Positions 1-12,799 of a stretch of 64,000 nt of DNA are shown here, piece after piece; the stretch's first letter is position 1; every line of letters starts with the position of its first letter. Made by a program: the position numbers and the translations under genes. The notes below the pieces were generated by a model, which searched no databases, was not told the DNA's origin, and was given only the letters and a program-made list of their open reading frames with translations. The DNA comes from Squalus acanthias (lineage: Eukaryota): the NCBI GenBank assembly GCA_030390025.1, contig CM059432.1, positions 141,114,001-141,178,000 of the forward strand, given 5' to 3'.

Positions 1-741
1 AAATATTTACTCCATGCCAACCAGATCATGTGAGAAGTTTGTGAAAAAGTTGATACTGGAGCATTCATGAGTTTTTATCATAGCAAAGATGCATTAATGT
101 GGGCAACCTGTTGACTTACCGACTGCATATATCCAGTAACAGTATCCATATTCTCCCCAGGTTAAATTCTCCCTGTAAAATCTGGCCGGACTGGTTTTAT
201 TGTTGTGCATATCCTTTGATGGGTGTAGTAGTAACCCAGAAGATCGTTGGTTTGCCTGTTTAGCAGGATGGTAATGTTCATATTGCAGCTGCTTAACTAC
301 AGTTGAAACAAAGTCAAACCAAGTTCTATCAAATCCCTGAATTTGCCTCACATCGGAATATTCAACATGATTGTACCAGTAGGAAAAGCGATTGTAATTG
401 TTTAGCCTCAGGAAACCTTTTGAAATATGAGTACAACTTTTCCCCAGAATGTCACAACTCAAATTGTTGTGGTTTTTAACAGTCTAAGTTTGAATTTTTT
501 TTTTACTTTCTCAAATGCCAGATTAAATATGTTTTTTCTTCATGCAACATCTGCTGACTTTATGCAGAGGAATTTTAGGGCAAATAATATGCACTCCAAA
601 GAGCCAAGTTGTTTTTTTGATGCCAGCAATATGTCTTAAACTCAACCTTTGCAGAATGCCTCGGTCTTATTTTTTGTGCAAAAGAAAAAATCTAATGGAA
701 TGACAATTTCCAACTGAGTAACCAGCTGAATTTACTTTCAG

Positions 742-835
742 GTGACTGTGGCGACCATGTTGTAGTGGTAAATACAAAGCACATTGCATTCTCTGGAAAT
801 AAGTGGGAACAAAAGGTGTACTCCTCTCACAGTGG
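742..835 (+). CDS. MRPL13: MRPL13 coding exon (probably exon 3); upstream exons lie outside the window
   Basis: tttcag acceptor and GTAAG donor. Translates (x)[30 protein letters not shown](G), the uL13 DxGD motif region recognised from vertebrate MRPL13. Confidence 0.96.
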
Positions 836-883
836 GTAAGTAGGAAATTAGTAAAAGCAAATAAAGGTTGTAGTTTATGCTCA

Positions 884-1064
884 GTCATTGAGTATATTCA
901 AGCCTGAGATCCATAGATTTTTCGATACTAAGGGAATCAAGGGATATGGGGATAGTGCAGGAAGGTGGATTTGAGATAGAAGATCAGCCATGATCTTATT
1001 GAATGGTGGAGCAGGCTTGAAGGGCTGAATGGCCTACTGCTGCTCCTATTTCTTATGTTCTTGT
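884..1064 (+). mobile_element. CR1 LINE 3' end fragment
   Basis: aagggaatcaagggatatgggg...gaatggcctactgctgctcctatttcttatgttct, the same tail seen on the CR1 copies at 22304, 53071 and 56625. Confidence 0.85.
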
Positions 1065-1397
1065 GTTTATAGCATATTTATTCATATATTAACTCTCTCT
1101 ACATTAGCCAAAAAAACTCCCTCAGTATTCGCTTCCTCCTACAACCCATGGATTTTGAAACTCAAGGTTGGCACCACCTAACCTCCCCTTTTACTTCATT
1201 TTCCTCCTACTCTTTTGAACCCTGGTGATGTCCACTTTTTAATGAAGATCTAAATGAATGGTCTAAATTAATATTACTGAATGCTAAATACAAGAAAGTT
1301 GTAACATTTTAGAAATTCAAACAGTTACTTGAGACTTTTAGTACTAAGGGGTTAGAACGGAGTACATTGGAAATTTTAAATGCAATTTTAATTTCAG

Positions 1398-1458
1398 TTA
1401 TCCTGGTGGATTTAAGCAAGTGACAGCTGCCCAACTGCACCAGAAGGACCCCACCGCA
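1398..1458 (+). CDS. MRPL13: MRPL13 coding exon (probably exon 4)
   Basis: tttcag acceptor and GTAAGT donor. Phase matches the previous exon (GG+T). Translates YPGGFKQVTAAQLHQKDPTA, containing the uL13 GYPGG motif. Confidence 0.96.
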
Positions 1459-2753
1459 GTAAGTATATGGATGTTTCTAGAATACATTTTATCCTTGGGC
1501 CAAACTTTTAAGTTGCTGTACAAAGATACTTTATTTATTCAGAAAATACTATAAATAAGGAAGCAGTACCACCACTCTCTTATTTTTATAACTAGGTTTT
1601 TGTGGCCATACAAAAAATGTAGTACCGTATATAGTGTAACTTAAAAAAAAGCTTATGTTTTGAGTGCTACGAAGATCCTGTACTCTAAAGAGACAATATG
1701 TAGGAGCTCTAACAATGGGTCTGTAGAAAAATAGACCGCGCAGTTTGATGCTAAGCCATACCGAACAGGAGAATTTCAAATTCAATATTTGGCCTGTGCT
1801 GTGTTAGCCAATGCACTGGTACAGTTAAGTTGAGCATCCATGGGTTAGGGAAAAATAAAACTGGCCAGCATTCCTGCTCCTGATTGCAATTCAGTGATTC
1901 CCCCGCTGGAACTGTGCATGTGTGGATACCAAGTAAGTACAGGATTGGGCTGGGATGTGGTGCCCCCAAGGTCAAATTGCCTGCCAACATTCACTGTCAA
2001 GGCTCGCGTGTTAAGAATGCCACTTGGGTGTAACGTACTGAAGAGTTGCCTTTGCCTGTTGGACCATATGCTGGCCCGAGTCACTGCCTTCAAGAGGGGA
2101 GGAGTAGGGGAAGGAAAACTGGCAAAAAAATTGAGAGAAAAATTAAAGGTCGATATGTTAAAACCTCACCATTTAACTGATGCAGAACAAAAAAAAAGCT
2201 TGTCAAACACACCTGCATGTATCTGAACAAAGTAGAAGAAAATGATGAATTGCACTTGCACCTTATTCAAACCAAGCACAGAGCTGGAAACGGCACAAGG
2301 CAATGAGTTGAACCATTGAAAGAAGTTCCATACAGCACTGAAGATAGAGTAGATAGAAATGCAATTCATCGTATCGTCTTCGGTGTACAGTGAAACCCCG
2401 TCAGTATAAACATAACAGTTACATTGTTATCTTACTGGTATTCATTTGAGATGCAGGAGTTTACATCCTGTTTCTCTGAAATCTATCCTTGCATGATAGC
2501 CTTGATCTGTGCAGTCAAACGTAAAAGGCATCTGCTTGTACTTGTAATCTGGAACTGGACACTTGGGTGCGCTGTTTCCACGTATCTGTCACTGGATCAT
2601 AACGAAGGATTCTTTACGGTTCATTCATTTTGTGAGCACCCTGTTCTCCACTTTGTTTTGTAATTTTTAAGATGCTCTTGTGTCAGTGAGCTAGCCACAA
2701 CAGAAGACCATTTGGCAGCCAGTGCTGCATGATTCACATTTGTCCTGTGTGTA

Positions 2754-3138
2754 AAAGAAAGAAAGACTTGCATTTATAGAGCGCCTTTCACAACCTAAAG
2801 ACGTCGCAAAGCACTCTACAGCCAGTGAAGTACTTTAGAAGCGTAGTCACTGTTACAATGTAGGAAACACGGCAGCCAATTTGCGCACAGCAAGGTCCAA
2901 CAAACAGCAATGTGATGATGACCAGATAATCTGTTTTTTCAGTGATGTTGTTTGAGGGGTAAATATTGACCAGGACACCGGGGAGAACTATCCTGCTCTC
3001 CTTCGAAATAGTGTCATGGGATCTTTTACGTCCACCTGAATGGGCAGATGGGGCCTCGGTTTAACATCTCGTCTGAAAGACGGCACCTCCAGCAGTGCAG
3101 CACTCCCTCAGCACTGCACTGAAATGTCAGCCTAGATT
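2754..3138 (-). mobile_element. Deu-domain SINE (SacSINE1/AmnSINE1-like), head missing
   Basis: Reverse complement of the family core gaggtgccgtctttc...gtaaaagatcccatg...ccggtgtcctgg with a (TCTT)n tail. Confidence 0.85.
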
Positions 3139-5084
3139 GTACTAGAAGCTGTACAAAACAGATTTGCTAAATCAGGTAGCTGTAAAGTGTTAAAGTAAAA
3201 ATGCATTGGTTTAACATTAGTACCCTAAATTATTGAGATTGTGATGTTTTGTTTAACTTGCTCAAAACCAAAAATAGAAAAATCATCTGCTCTTACCCAC
3301 TTTGACACAGTAAAAGTTTTACTTTCCCTTCAATGGGAATTCTTTAGTTTGTCCTCCACATTTGAGGTTCACAGAGGCGTGAGTACTGCATTTGTACTTT
3401 TTCCTGAGGACAGGTTTCTTTTGTGTATGTTTTTTGGAAGTTATGGAAAGCTTTTGAGAAAGCAGGTTACATCAGCAATAAAAAAGGGGAGCCGCGAATG
3501 ACCTAGGTCACACAAGTAGACATCACAAATCCGTTGTTAGCTGTGGGAAAGCTGTTTCATTACGCATTTCTGAAATGTTGCAGCGTATTTTAAGCAAAAA
3601 CTGTTTGTCAGTGCCAGCGCCTAAACTGTTCTTTGTTGGACAGACGATGAACGGTTGTGCTGTTTAGTATTTCTGTAGATTGCCACATTCTTGCACTAAT
3701 GTACCGTGCCATGGAATGTTAGTATATTGGTTCTCTCTCCACGGTCCACCACATGGTGAGTTCCTTTACACTTTCAGTGGGACTGTCAGGGAACGCTCTT
3801 TCCCCTTGAAGCGAAGGGGAGAAAGTCTGAGATGAGTCATCTTATGTTGCCTACTTACATAAACATAAACTTCTTACTTCAAAGTGGCTCTAAGATGAGA
3901 GAGGAAATGATAATTGAAAATTGGTATTTTGTATCTTCAGTATGCTAATAAAACCTTAATGATCTGGATTACATTTGCCAGAGATCAAAAGTTGTTTCCA
4001 AAACTAAGTGGATCAACCATCCAATAGGAGAAGCATATATTAATAATAATCAGAGTGTCCATCACAATAAAATCCATGATATAAAGTCAAAGCAATAGTG
4101 GACTTTCAAGTTTGTGAGGTAGGAATTTCTAATATATATTCTTTAAATTAAGTTTAACATTTTCTATCCATAACCTAACAATAAATTTCTTAAGATAAAT
4201 GGATATTTTATCGATCCCATTTGATTGTCCGAGTTGTCAGATACAAATCCAATGTTAGCGCCATGTCTAGCAATGAATGCCACACTTTGAGAGCATGATG
4301 CCATGTAGGAGGGGTGCCGTTAGCAACCTGCTGATTAATGTTACCCACTATCCTGTACAAACCGGAAAAGAACCTTTAAACATTCCTTTGTTTTCATTTT
4401 GTTTTTATTTATAAAAGTCATGTTTAATCTTAAAGTTATTTATTGGTAATGAGCGCTTGAATCTGCAGTGCCTTTTAATATTCATTGGCACCATCTTTCA
4501 ATGGTAATCAAACTGAGATGTAGTCTCCTCACAAAGGTCAAGAACACCAAAGTTGAAACATTTGAGCCATCACAGAATTTACCTAAATGGTAATATAAGG
4601 TAGGAATGGTGTAAACAAAAAATAGGTTTAAGATCCCACTATAATTCTTTACCTAACAACTGTGGAAATGTGTACTGCAATTTTATTTGATATAAAGAAA
4701 AGTATGTTTTCCCTAGTGATGAGATTTATTCTAAGCTGAGTGTCTTGATGGGATTGTGAGTGATTCATTGGTAGGAGACTAGGTCACTGGCACTGATTTC
4801 ATCCCTCTTGTCTTATAACAAGTTGGCTATGAATGGGGCAGCATTGTAGTTAGCCAGCAGGGAGGTATAAACTCTTTCATTTTCAATAAACTCCATATAG
4901 TTGGCATAACAGATGTAAAAAGGTTGCAAGATTAAAATGTTGAAAAAAAGAAAGGGAGAGAGAGAATAGATTTTTTTTTTTAATTTATAACTTTCATTAT
5001 TTTTATGTTTTAATTTCTCCTGTAAAATACAAAAATCTTCTTGCTGCCTTCAGTGCTACTCACGAGGCAAATGTTTTAGTGTTC

Positions 5085-5265
5085 TGGAAACACTCAGCCG
5101 GTCAGGTGAGTCAGCATCTGTGTAGAGAACAGATGGGTTAACGTTTCAGGTGTCGTCCCTTCCAGTTCTGACGAAGGGTCCACACCTGAAACATTAACTC
5201 GTCTCTTCTCTCCACAGATGCTGACTAACCTGCTGAGCGTTTCCAGCATTGTCTGTTTCTGTTAG
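5085..5265. mobile_element. Penelope-like terminal fragment in fold-back arrangement with hammerhead motif
   Basis: Diverged inverted arms around ~5161. agtt-CTGACGA-agggtccacacct-GAAAC-att-aact at 5164-5199. Confidence 0.75.
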
Positions 5266-6502
5266 TTTTTCTCTTGTTTCATTCTCCGACTGTGCACTGT
5301 GTAAAAAGTCAAAGGATCCGTACAAATGCTGGGTAAATAAGTGCACTGTTGATCCTTGTCTAGTTACTCATTCTGGATTTTTGGTTTGATTTCTTCTCCG
5401 TCTCCTGAAGAATTTATATGTACGCTTTCCCTTCCTCTGTTCTGCCTCTCCAATTGTACAGCAAATTAAACTCTTGCTATTTCTATTATTATTTCAGCTG
5501 AAAGTGCTTTTAGTAATATGTCAGCTGCCCTTCACTCACTTGAACAGGGTGTTGTTTTATGTCGAACCATTGGTGCCTTTATGAACTCATGGTATCTTGT
5601 ACTTTTATTCATTATAGATTTTAAAGCAAAAATAGGGGGGAGAAGAAAAATAATAATTATGTAGCGCTGTGCACAGTTACTTCTAAATGCAGTGACTTGT
5701 TAAATATTAACATAACATTCCCTCGTTTTGGGAAGTCTTTTAAACCAAGGTTTTAATTCAGGGCAGTCACTTATATTTATTTTTTGTCTGTAGTAATTGT
5801 GCTTGGAATGTAGGATATTTTTTGATAAATATTCTTTTATTGTATACGTGAGCTGTTAAACCCAGAGCTCGTTTTCTCCAATAATAAACATCCCAAGAAA
5901 GATCGTTGAGTTTTTTTTGAAAGAATCTAAATGCTATATAGTGCAGTAAATTAACAGAAATAAAATCTCGTTAAGCTATTAAAGCTTGTGGGAGAGAGTG
6001 CACAGTTTTGTTGTATTAAAAAACATTTATCAAGGTGTGGGACGACTGCGTGAATTCCATACTATCAGATGCTGACATGACAAGAAGGTGGAAAAAGTGG
6101 AACATTTTACCAAAGGGTAGTGCAATCACAGCCTTTTTAAACCATAAGACTTTTTTTGCTTCAAAACTGCTCTTTTCAGGAGCTATATCATTGTCTTTAT
6201 CTAGTTTCAGAAAACTGTTTTACTGCTCCTTTTTTTAATATAAAATCTGTCAGTTAATATCTGACTGAACATCTCAATGTATGATGTGAGCGCAATACCC
6301 TAATTTTGTTAAATTCAAATGCAGAAAATAGTGCATTAAAGTTTGGGAAAGCATCATGTTCATCTGAGAAATGTATAGCAAATTTGTTTTTGAAAACTTT
6401 TAAATCTTGATGTGTAACTTTTTTTAGGTTTTGATAAACCTGGTCACGAACGGGTATAATTAATAATATGGTTGGAGTTTTAGTAGTGTATTTTCGTTAC
6501 AG

Positions 6503-6589
6503 ATTGTAAAACTGGCTATCTACGGTATGCTGCCAAGGAATTTGCATCGAAGGACCATGATGCAAAGGTTGCATCTCTTCCCGAATGAG
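6503..6589 (+). CDS. MRPL13: MRPL13 coding exon (probably exon 5)
   Basis: ttacag acceptor and GTAAGT donor, 87 bp, phase 0. Translates [29 protein letters not shown] (uL13 GMLP motif). Confidence 0.97.
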
Positions 6590-7789
6590 GTAAGTGTAAC
6601 AGGCATCAATTTTATTTTCCCTATTAAACATCCAAATTCAGTTGTTGATGTTTCCTGTTACATAATCTCTCCTTTGTTGGGAGTGAAATTGTGCTCCCAT
6701 TAGACGGGAGTGGACAAGTTTGCTGAGCTGGCTGTTCTGAGCTAAGTGACCAATCTCCAAGTTTTACAAGCGTCTTCATTAAAAAACCAGCTGCTCTTGT
6801 GCATTTTTAGCCCCCATTTAGTCCATTTATATTTCGGCCCTGCCTTTGAAGGCCCCACAGATATAAACTAAGCAGGGCAACATGCCTCTGAGAGTAGAGC
6901 ACTGCTGGCAGCAAGCGTACCTGGCCGACATGTACAGATCTTCCTCTGATATCAGGAAGGTCACTTCCGCAATCAAAAATATACGCTATTGCTTGTGAGA
7001 AGTTGCTTTAACGTCATGTCAGTCATTTTTGAGGAGCCGTGATTTTTTTTATGTATGCACAGTGGTTCTGGTGCTGTTGCCATTCTCCAAGCCTGTGCCG
7101 CAGTATATAAACGGGAATGATTTTGTATCACGGCAACCACAGACTGGTGGAAGTGGTTCAACAACATATAAATGGAGAGTAAAAGCAGTCTGCACTGGTG
7201 TCGGGGGGGACAGGCGAAAGAGCAAGAAGCTGATATTTCGCTCTGTTCCATTGCCAGCTAATTTGAGCTGAGCAAAGACCACCCTTACTGCCAGCAAATT
7301 TCAGCAGCATCTGAGCTTTATTAGTTTGTTGACCCAGCAACCGAAGGCCACGTGGAGGCAAGTGCTTGCATTCGTTTGAGGGGAAGAATAAGAATGTCAA
7401 AAACAAATTCAGAAACTATCAGTCTTCATTTCCTTTTATTATATTCCAGTATATAGTACATATTTTGTGTCATGCTCCTTATGAAAATATTCTGTAATTG
7501 AAAACATGCAGAAATGTCCTTCACTGGAAAGGAACTTCAGAATTGAATGGACCTACTTAAAAAAAAAAATACACATGATTTTTATTCCAGTGAACAGTTG
7601 TAGGATTAAATTTCCATTAACATTGTTTGCTGGGATATATTCTCCTGTCTGTTAAAATTCTATGCATTGAATATATTTTGAATTAGGCAGAAATACTGTA
7701 AGGAGGACAGATATTGGTGGCCTGTTTCTTTAGATTTGCAAACACATTTGAATTTTATTTCAAAAAGCTCTCAATGCTGTTGAGATTGT

Positions 7790-8870
7790 GTATAATTGTG
7801 GATGCCATGCCTTCTTAAAGGACCCTGGAGAGGGTTCCGAGAAGAGCAAGGATGATTCGAAGACTTAGGGTTCGAGATTGTAAGGAGAGACTTGCAGAGC
7901 TGAACTTGTTTTCATTGAAGTAAATATTGAGGAGAGACATGATTCAGGTCTTTAAATGCTAAGAGATATATTTTATGGAAAGACAGACAGACTTGCAGCC
8001 AGTGCTTTTGTAGTGTAGTCACTGTTGTAATGTAGGAAACACGGCAGCCAATTTGCGCACAGGTCCCACAAACAGCCATGTGATAATAACCAGATAATCT
8101 GTTTTTTAGTGAGGTTGATTGAGGGATAAATACTGGCCAGGAGACTCCCCTGATCTTCAAAATAGTGACGTGGGATCTTTGACATCCACCTGAGAGGGCA
8201 GACAGGGCCTTGGATTAACGTCTCTTCCAACAGTTTAGCACTCCCTCAGTACTGCACTGGCTTGTCAGCCTACATTATTTATGTGCTCAAGTCTCTGGAG
8301 TGGGACTTCAACTCAGAAACTCACAACCTTCTAACTCAGACGCGAGAGTGCTATCGTTGAGCCACTGCTGACATACAGACTGTGAGCAGAAAACTGGGGG
8401 ACATGGATTTCACTAACAAAGTGAGACTAGAGATTAAAAGATTTTTTTCCCCTCAGAACCATGGATTTGTGGAACACATTTCTAGCAAAAAGCAATTGAT
8501 GCTGTGACGATGAACTCCTTTAAAAAAAAAAGCTGTGTATGTATTTGGTTGGGATCAGCATTGAAGGTGCTGGGAATAAATATAGAGGGATAATTTAATA
8601 CTCCATGGCACAAAATAGTTCCTGTGCATGCTCTGAGTGAGGTGTATTATCTGTTGAGGGCAGCAGACTAGGACAGAATAGTGGAGGTGTAAGTATTGAT
8701 AAATGTTCTCACATTTTGCTTGATTAATTTTTAGATTAGAGAGCATTTGTGGACAGTTCTCCTTTGACTAAATGGCTGGGGTAAAGTCTGTGATTGGATA
8801 GATTGCGTGTGGCCTGTGGAAAGAACAGACTTGATGAACCTACTGGCCTTTTCTTGTTCCATGCATTATT
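7790..8870 (+). mobile_element. Degraded CR1 3' region interrupted by a SINE
   Basis: ctggagagggttccgagaagagc..., ttgttttcattgaag..., ggagacatgattcaggtctttaa before the SINE, and CR1-like 3' sequence after it. Confidence 0.6.
7980..8373 (-). mobile_element. Deu-domain tRNA-derived SINE
   Basis: Reverse complement of the family head (tgtcagcagtggctca...) and core. Confidence 0.85.
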
Positions 8871-9113
8871 CTTTCTGTTAACTATAGCTATAATTGCTAC
8901 AAATAGCAGACTATAGCTGTTGACCATTAATTTAATCTGGGTCTTTTTTTCTGTGTTCCACTTAAGATCTTAAGGGACCCTGGTTGAAAATAATGTGACA
9001 GACAACTCGACGACAACTATAGCCCCAGTATATATAAAATATGCGTAAGCCCTTCCCATATTTGGGCATCCTTGGCTATGAATCTTCTTGCTTGAATAGC
9101 TTAGTAGTAATAG

Positions 9114-10457
9114 TCCCACAGACTAGTCAAGCAACAGCCTGACATAGTCATACTCACAGAATCATACCTTTCAGCCAATGTCCCAGACCCCTCCATCACC
9201 ATCCCTGGGTATGTCCTGTCCCACCGGCAGGACAGACCCACCAGAGGAGGCGGCACAGTGGTATACGGGAGGGAGGGAGTAATCCTGGGAGTCCTCAACA
9301 TTGACGCCGGACCCCATGAAGTCTCATGGCTTCAGGTCAAGCATGGGCCTGGAAACCTCCTACTGATTGTTACCCATCGCCCTCCCTCAGCTGATGAATG
9401 AGTACTCCTCCATGTTGAACACCAATTGGAAGAAGCAATGAGGGTAGCAAGGGCACAGAATGTACTATGGGTGGGGGACTTCAATGTCCATCACCAAGAG
9501 TGGCTCGGTAGCACCATAACTGACCGAGCTGGCCGAGTCCTGAAGGACATAGCTGCCAGACTGGGCCTGCGGCAGGTGGTGAGAGAACCAACACGAAGGA
9601 AAAACCTACTTGAGCTCATCCTCACCAATCTACCTGTCGCAGATGCACCTGTCCATGACTGCATTGGTAGCAGTGATCACCGCACAGTTCTTGTGGAGAC
9701 GAAGTCCCATCTTCATACTGAGGACACCCTCCATCGTGTTGTGTGGCACTACCACCGTGCTAAATGGGATAGATTCAGAACAGATCTAGCAGCTCAAAAC
9801 TGGGCATCCAAGAGTCACTCTGGGCTATCAGCAGCAGCAGAATTGTATTCCACCACAATCTGTAACCTCATGGCCCGGCATATCCCTCACTCTACCACTA
9901 CCATCAAGCCACCATCTACAAGGCACAAGTCAGGAGTGTGATGGAATACTCTCCACTTGCCTGGATGAGTGCAGCTCCAGCAACACTCAAGAAGCCTGAC
10001 ACCATCCAGGACAAAGCAGCCCACTTGATTGGCACCCCATCCACCACATTAAACATTCACTCCCTCCACCACCGGCGTACCGTGGCTGCAATTTGTACCA
10101 TCCTCAAGATGCACTGCAGCAACTCACCAAGGCTTCTTCGGCAGCACCTCCCAAACCCACGACCTCTACCACCTAGAAGGACAAGGGCAGCAGGCGCATA
10201 AGAACCCCATCACCTCCAAGTTCCCCCCCCAAAGCACACACCATCTTGACTTAGACGTATATCGCCGATCCTTCATCGTCGCTGGGTCAAAATCCTGGAA
10301 CTCCCTCCCTAACAACACTGTGGGAATACCTTCACCACACGGACTGCAGCGGTTCAAGAAGGCAGTTCACCACCACCTTCTCGAGGGCAATTAGGGATGG
10401 GCAATAAATGCTGGCCTTGCCAGCGACGCCCACATCCCAGGAACGAATATAAAAAAA
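9114..10457 (+). mobile_element. Internally deleted LINE (CR1/L2 group): APE endonuclease joined directly to the ORF2 C-terminus and 3' UTR
   Basis: QQPDIVILTESYL, GGGTVVY, VGDFNVHH and SDHRTV endonuclease motifs, then an abrupt jump at ~9910 to IYKAQVRSVMEYS. Stop codons present, no RT core, A-rich end. Confidence 0.85.
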
Positions 10458-11276
10458 GGCAGAGCAATTTGTAAATGCAATGCTCTTTGGGAATGATGGT
10501 CTTTAAATCAACGCACATTGCATAATTATGTAAAACTTTCCCACAGGCCACTGTTACTTTGCAATAAAGGCCCTGGAAAAATGTAAAGAAGCTTTCAATG
10601 AAAATACATCATGAGAGTTTTATATCGTCACTTTAAAAAAAAAAAAAAAATTCCCCTTTAAAAGCAATGTTGTTTTTAACTGAATTCTATTTCATTCAAA
10701 TCAAGACCTGCATGTATGTGGCCATCAGGCAAAGGCAGCATTAGGCTCAGCTGTGATCGTTCCAGTGATCAAATAGCCTGTCAACACTCGCTGTCCAGTT
10801 AGTAGATGACTCAAACATGAAAAATGGCCACATAAACATGTTACCAGAGACACCAGAGGAGACGTAACTCAGCAAGGAGTCAACCTTCAGGAGAGGAGAG
10901 TAAAAGAGAAAATTGGCAGAGAAAAGGATCAAAAGAAAACGCTAAATCAAAGGGAATTCATTGCACCTCACTACGCATGTACCCATTCTATATATCTGCA
11001 GCATACAAGTGATCGAAGTATTATTTTATTATCTAAAGGATTGAAACTATCTAAGCACTTCATAAATTTAGGGAGCTGCATAAGTAGTTCAGTAATTTTA
11101 ATGAGTTAATGCTTTGAAGTTATATATATATTAAAAAAAATTAAGTTGGCTGCAGGGACAGGTACAACGCCTTGCTCCGCTGCATTGACCTGATAACATG
11201 CCTCAACTTGAAACATAGAGCAACAACCGCGGGTAGAAGTATTTTGACGAGGAAACCCTATCCCCATTAAATCCTT

Positions 11277-12011
11277 GGGCCTGGAGTTTCCGCCGGTTGC
11301 GCTGATTTTTTCACCGCAATTCAGCCGAAATCGGCGAAACCAGCACATAAGATTGTGGAATTTTAAGCACAAATTATGTTCAGCACAAATTGAGTTTACA
11401 CAAACTTTTGCACTAGTTTCAGAAAACATTGTGCTAGAAGCAAGCCCCGCCCACAAATAAGCCACGCACCCAGATCAAATTAATCACCATGGCGAGTTTC
11501 CGTTAATTGCACTCGTTTGTGGGCCTTCGAGGAGGCTCCAAAAATTAAGCTGGCTCTTTTGGGTCCAAGGACACTAATAGGCACATTTTAAAAGCTTTTG
11601 AATATATATTTTTTTAATTTACTAAGAAACTGACTGCTATACCCCAATATAACCAGGAAATGGTTCTGTATTTTTTTTAAGTCATTTTCAGTTATTTAAA
11701 ATCGGATTACTCACAGGTAGTGGATTAGACACTGATTTAAAATGCTTATTTTTTGTGATAAACCCAGTTTCAGCTGTATTAATTAAACTTTGCCAAGTTA
11801 CCACTCTTAAATACATCAAGGATTATTGCATTAAAGCAAAAAAATGTTTTTTTTAATTGCATTGTAAAACGCTGCCCGATTTCATTGTTCTTGGCAGATT
11901 TTGTGTCCGGCGATATGCAAATGAGTGAGCAGAAACTTGAGGGGGGGAAAAAAAACTTCTCAAAACTAGCGCAATTTGAGCCGATTGTGCCCAAAGCGGA
12001 AACTCTACCCC
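11277..12011. mobile_element. Non-autonomous TIR element (MITE-like)
   Basis: Imperfect TIRs gggcctggagtttccgc / gcggaaactctacccc, GC-rich ends and AT-rich middle. Confidence 0.6.
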
Positions 12012-12479
12012 TTGATGCCTAGACACAGCTGTGGAATTACTCTACTTAACTAACCTGGCCACTAAAGCAGCAAAATCTTGATGGCTAAATATTTATTTTG
12101 TGTGTAATTGTCAATTAAAAACTGCATTTACAGACTGATGATGCAAGCATCCTGCATTGGCATACTATTGCAGATATTGTAGTATTTTTCTACTTTCAAT
12201 TTTTAAATGCATGTGACTTCTCATACATACTGTATTAGTCGAATGCCTGCAATTCCCGGGGCTCTGCTTCAGCAGCATAAGTGCAGTCGAGTGGGACCCT
12301 GCCCCAAATTCTCGGGATGTGGTTGTCTGCATAGCCAGAGTGGGCCACCAGTGCCTGTAAGAGTGCAGTAGCGGCTGCCACCAACCCAAGCCAAATCCAC
12401 CCTGTGAGAAGAGGCCAAGGTGGGTGAAAAAATAATTAATGGAAAAAAAAATCTTTGAGTCCCACTAGAGCCACGCCAA

Positions 12480-12799
12480 CTTAAAGGAATGATTAATTTA
12501 CTTTAGTTAAGGTTTAGTGCCTTTAGAAACATAGGAACAGGGGGATTTAACAGCAGTATTACAGCGGAAGAGCCGAAGTTTTTGTCAGTTTCCCTGATTT
12601 GAGAGATTAGACTGATTGCCGGCTCTGTTGGGTGGGCAGGGGATGGGTGCACAGCGCAGCCTGTGTCGGAGCAGTGAATGACAGGCCACAACTTCAGGAT
12701 TTCTGCATGTGCCAAATCTCAACGTTGCAGTCAGTTTCAAAGGCGAAATGACGGTGAACACTACCAGTTCGCCGTTATCCGGACTGCAAATTCCGGGCC
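12480..12799 (+). mobile_element. Right half of a TIR element related to 43089-43783
   Basis: Shares ctgattgccggct...cacagcgcagcc...gagcagtgaatgac...ttcaggattt...ttgcagtcagtttcaaagg...caaattccgggcc with that copy. Confidence 0.75.
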
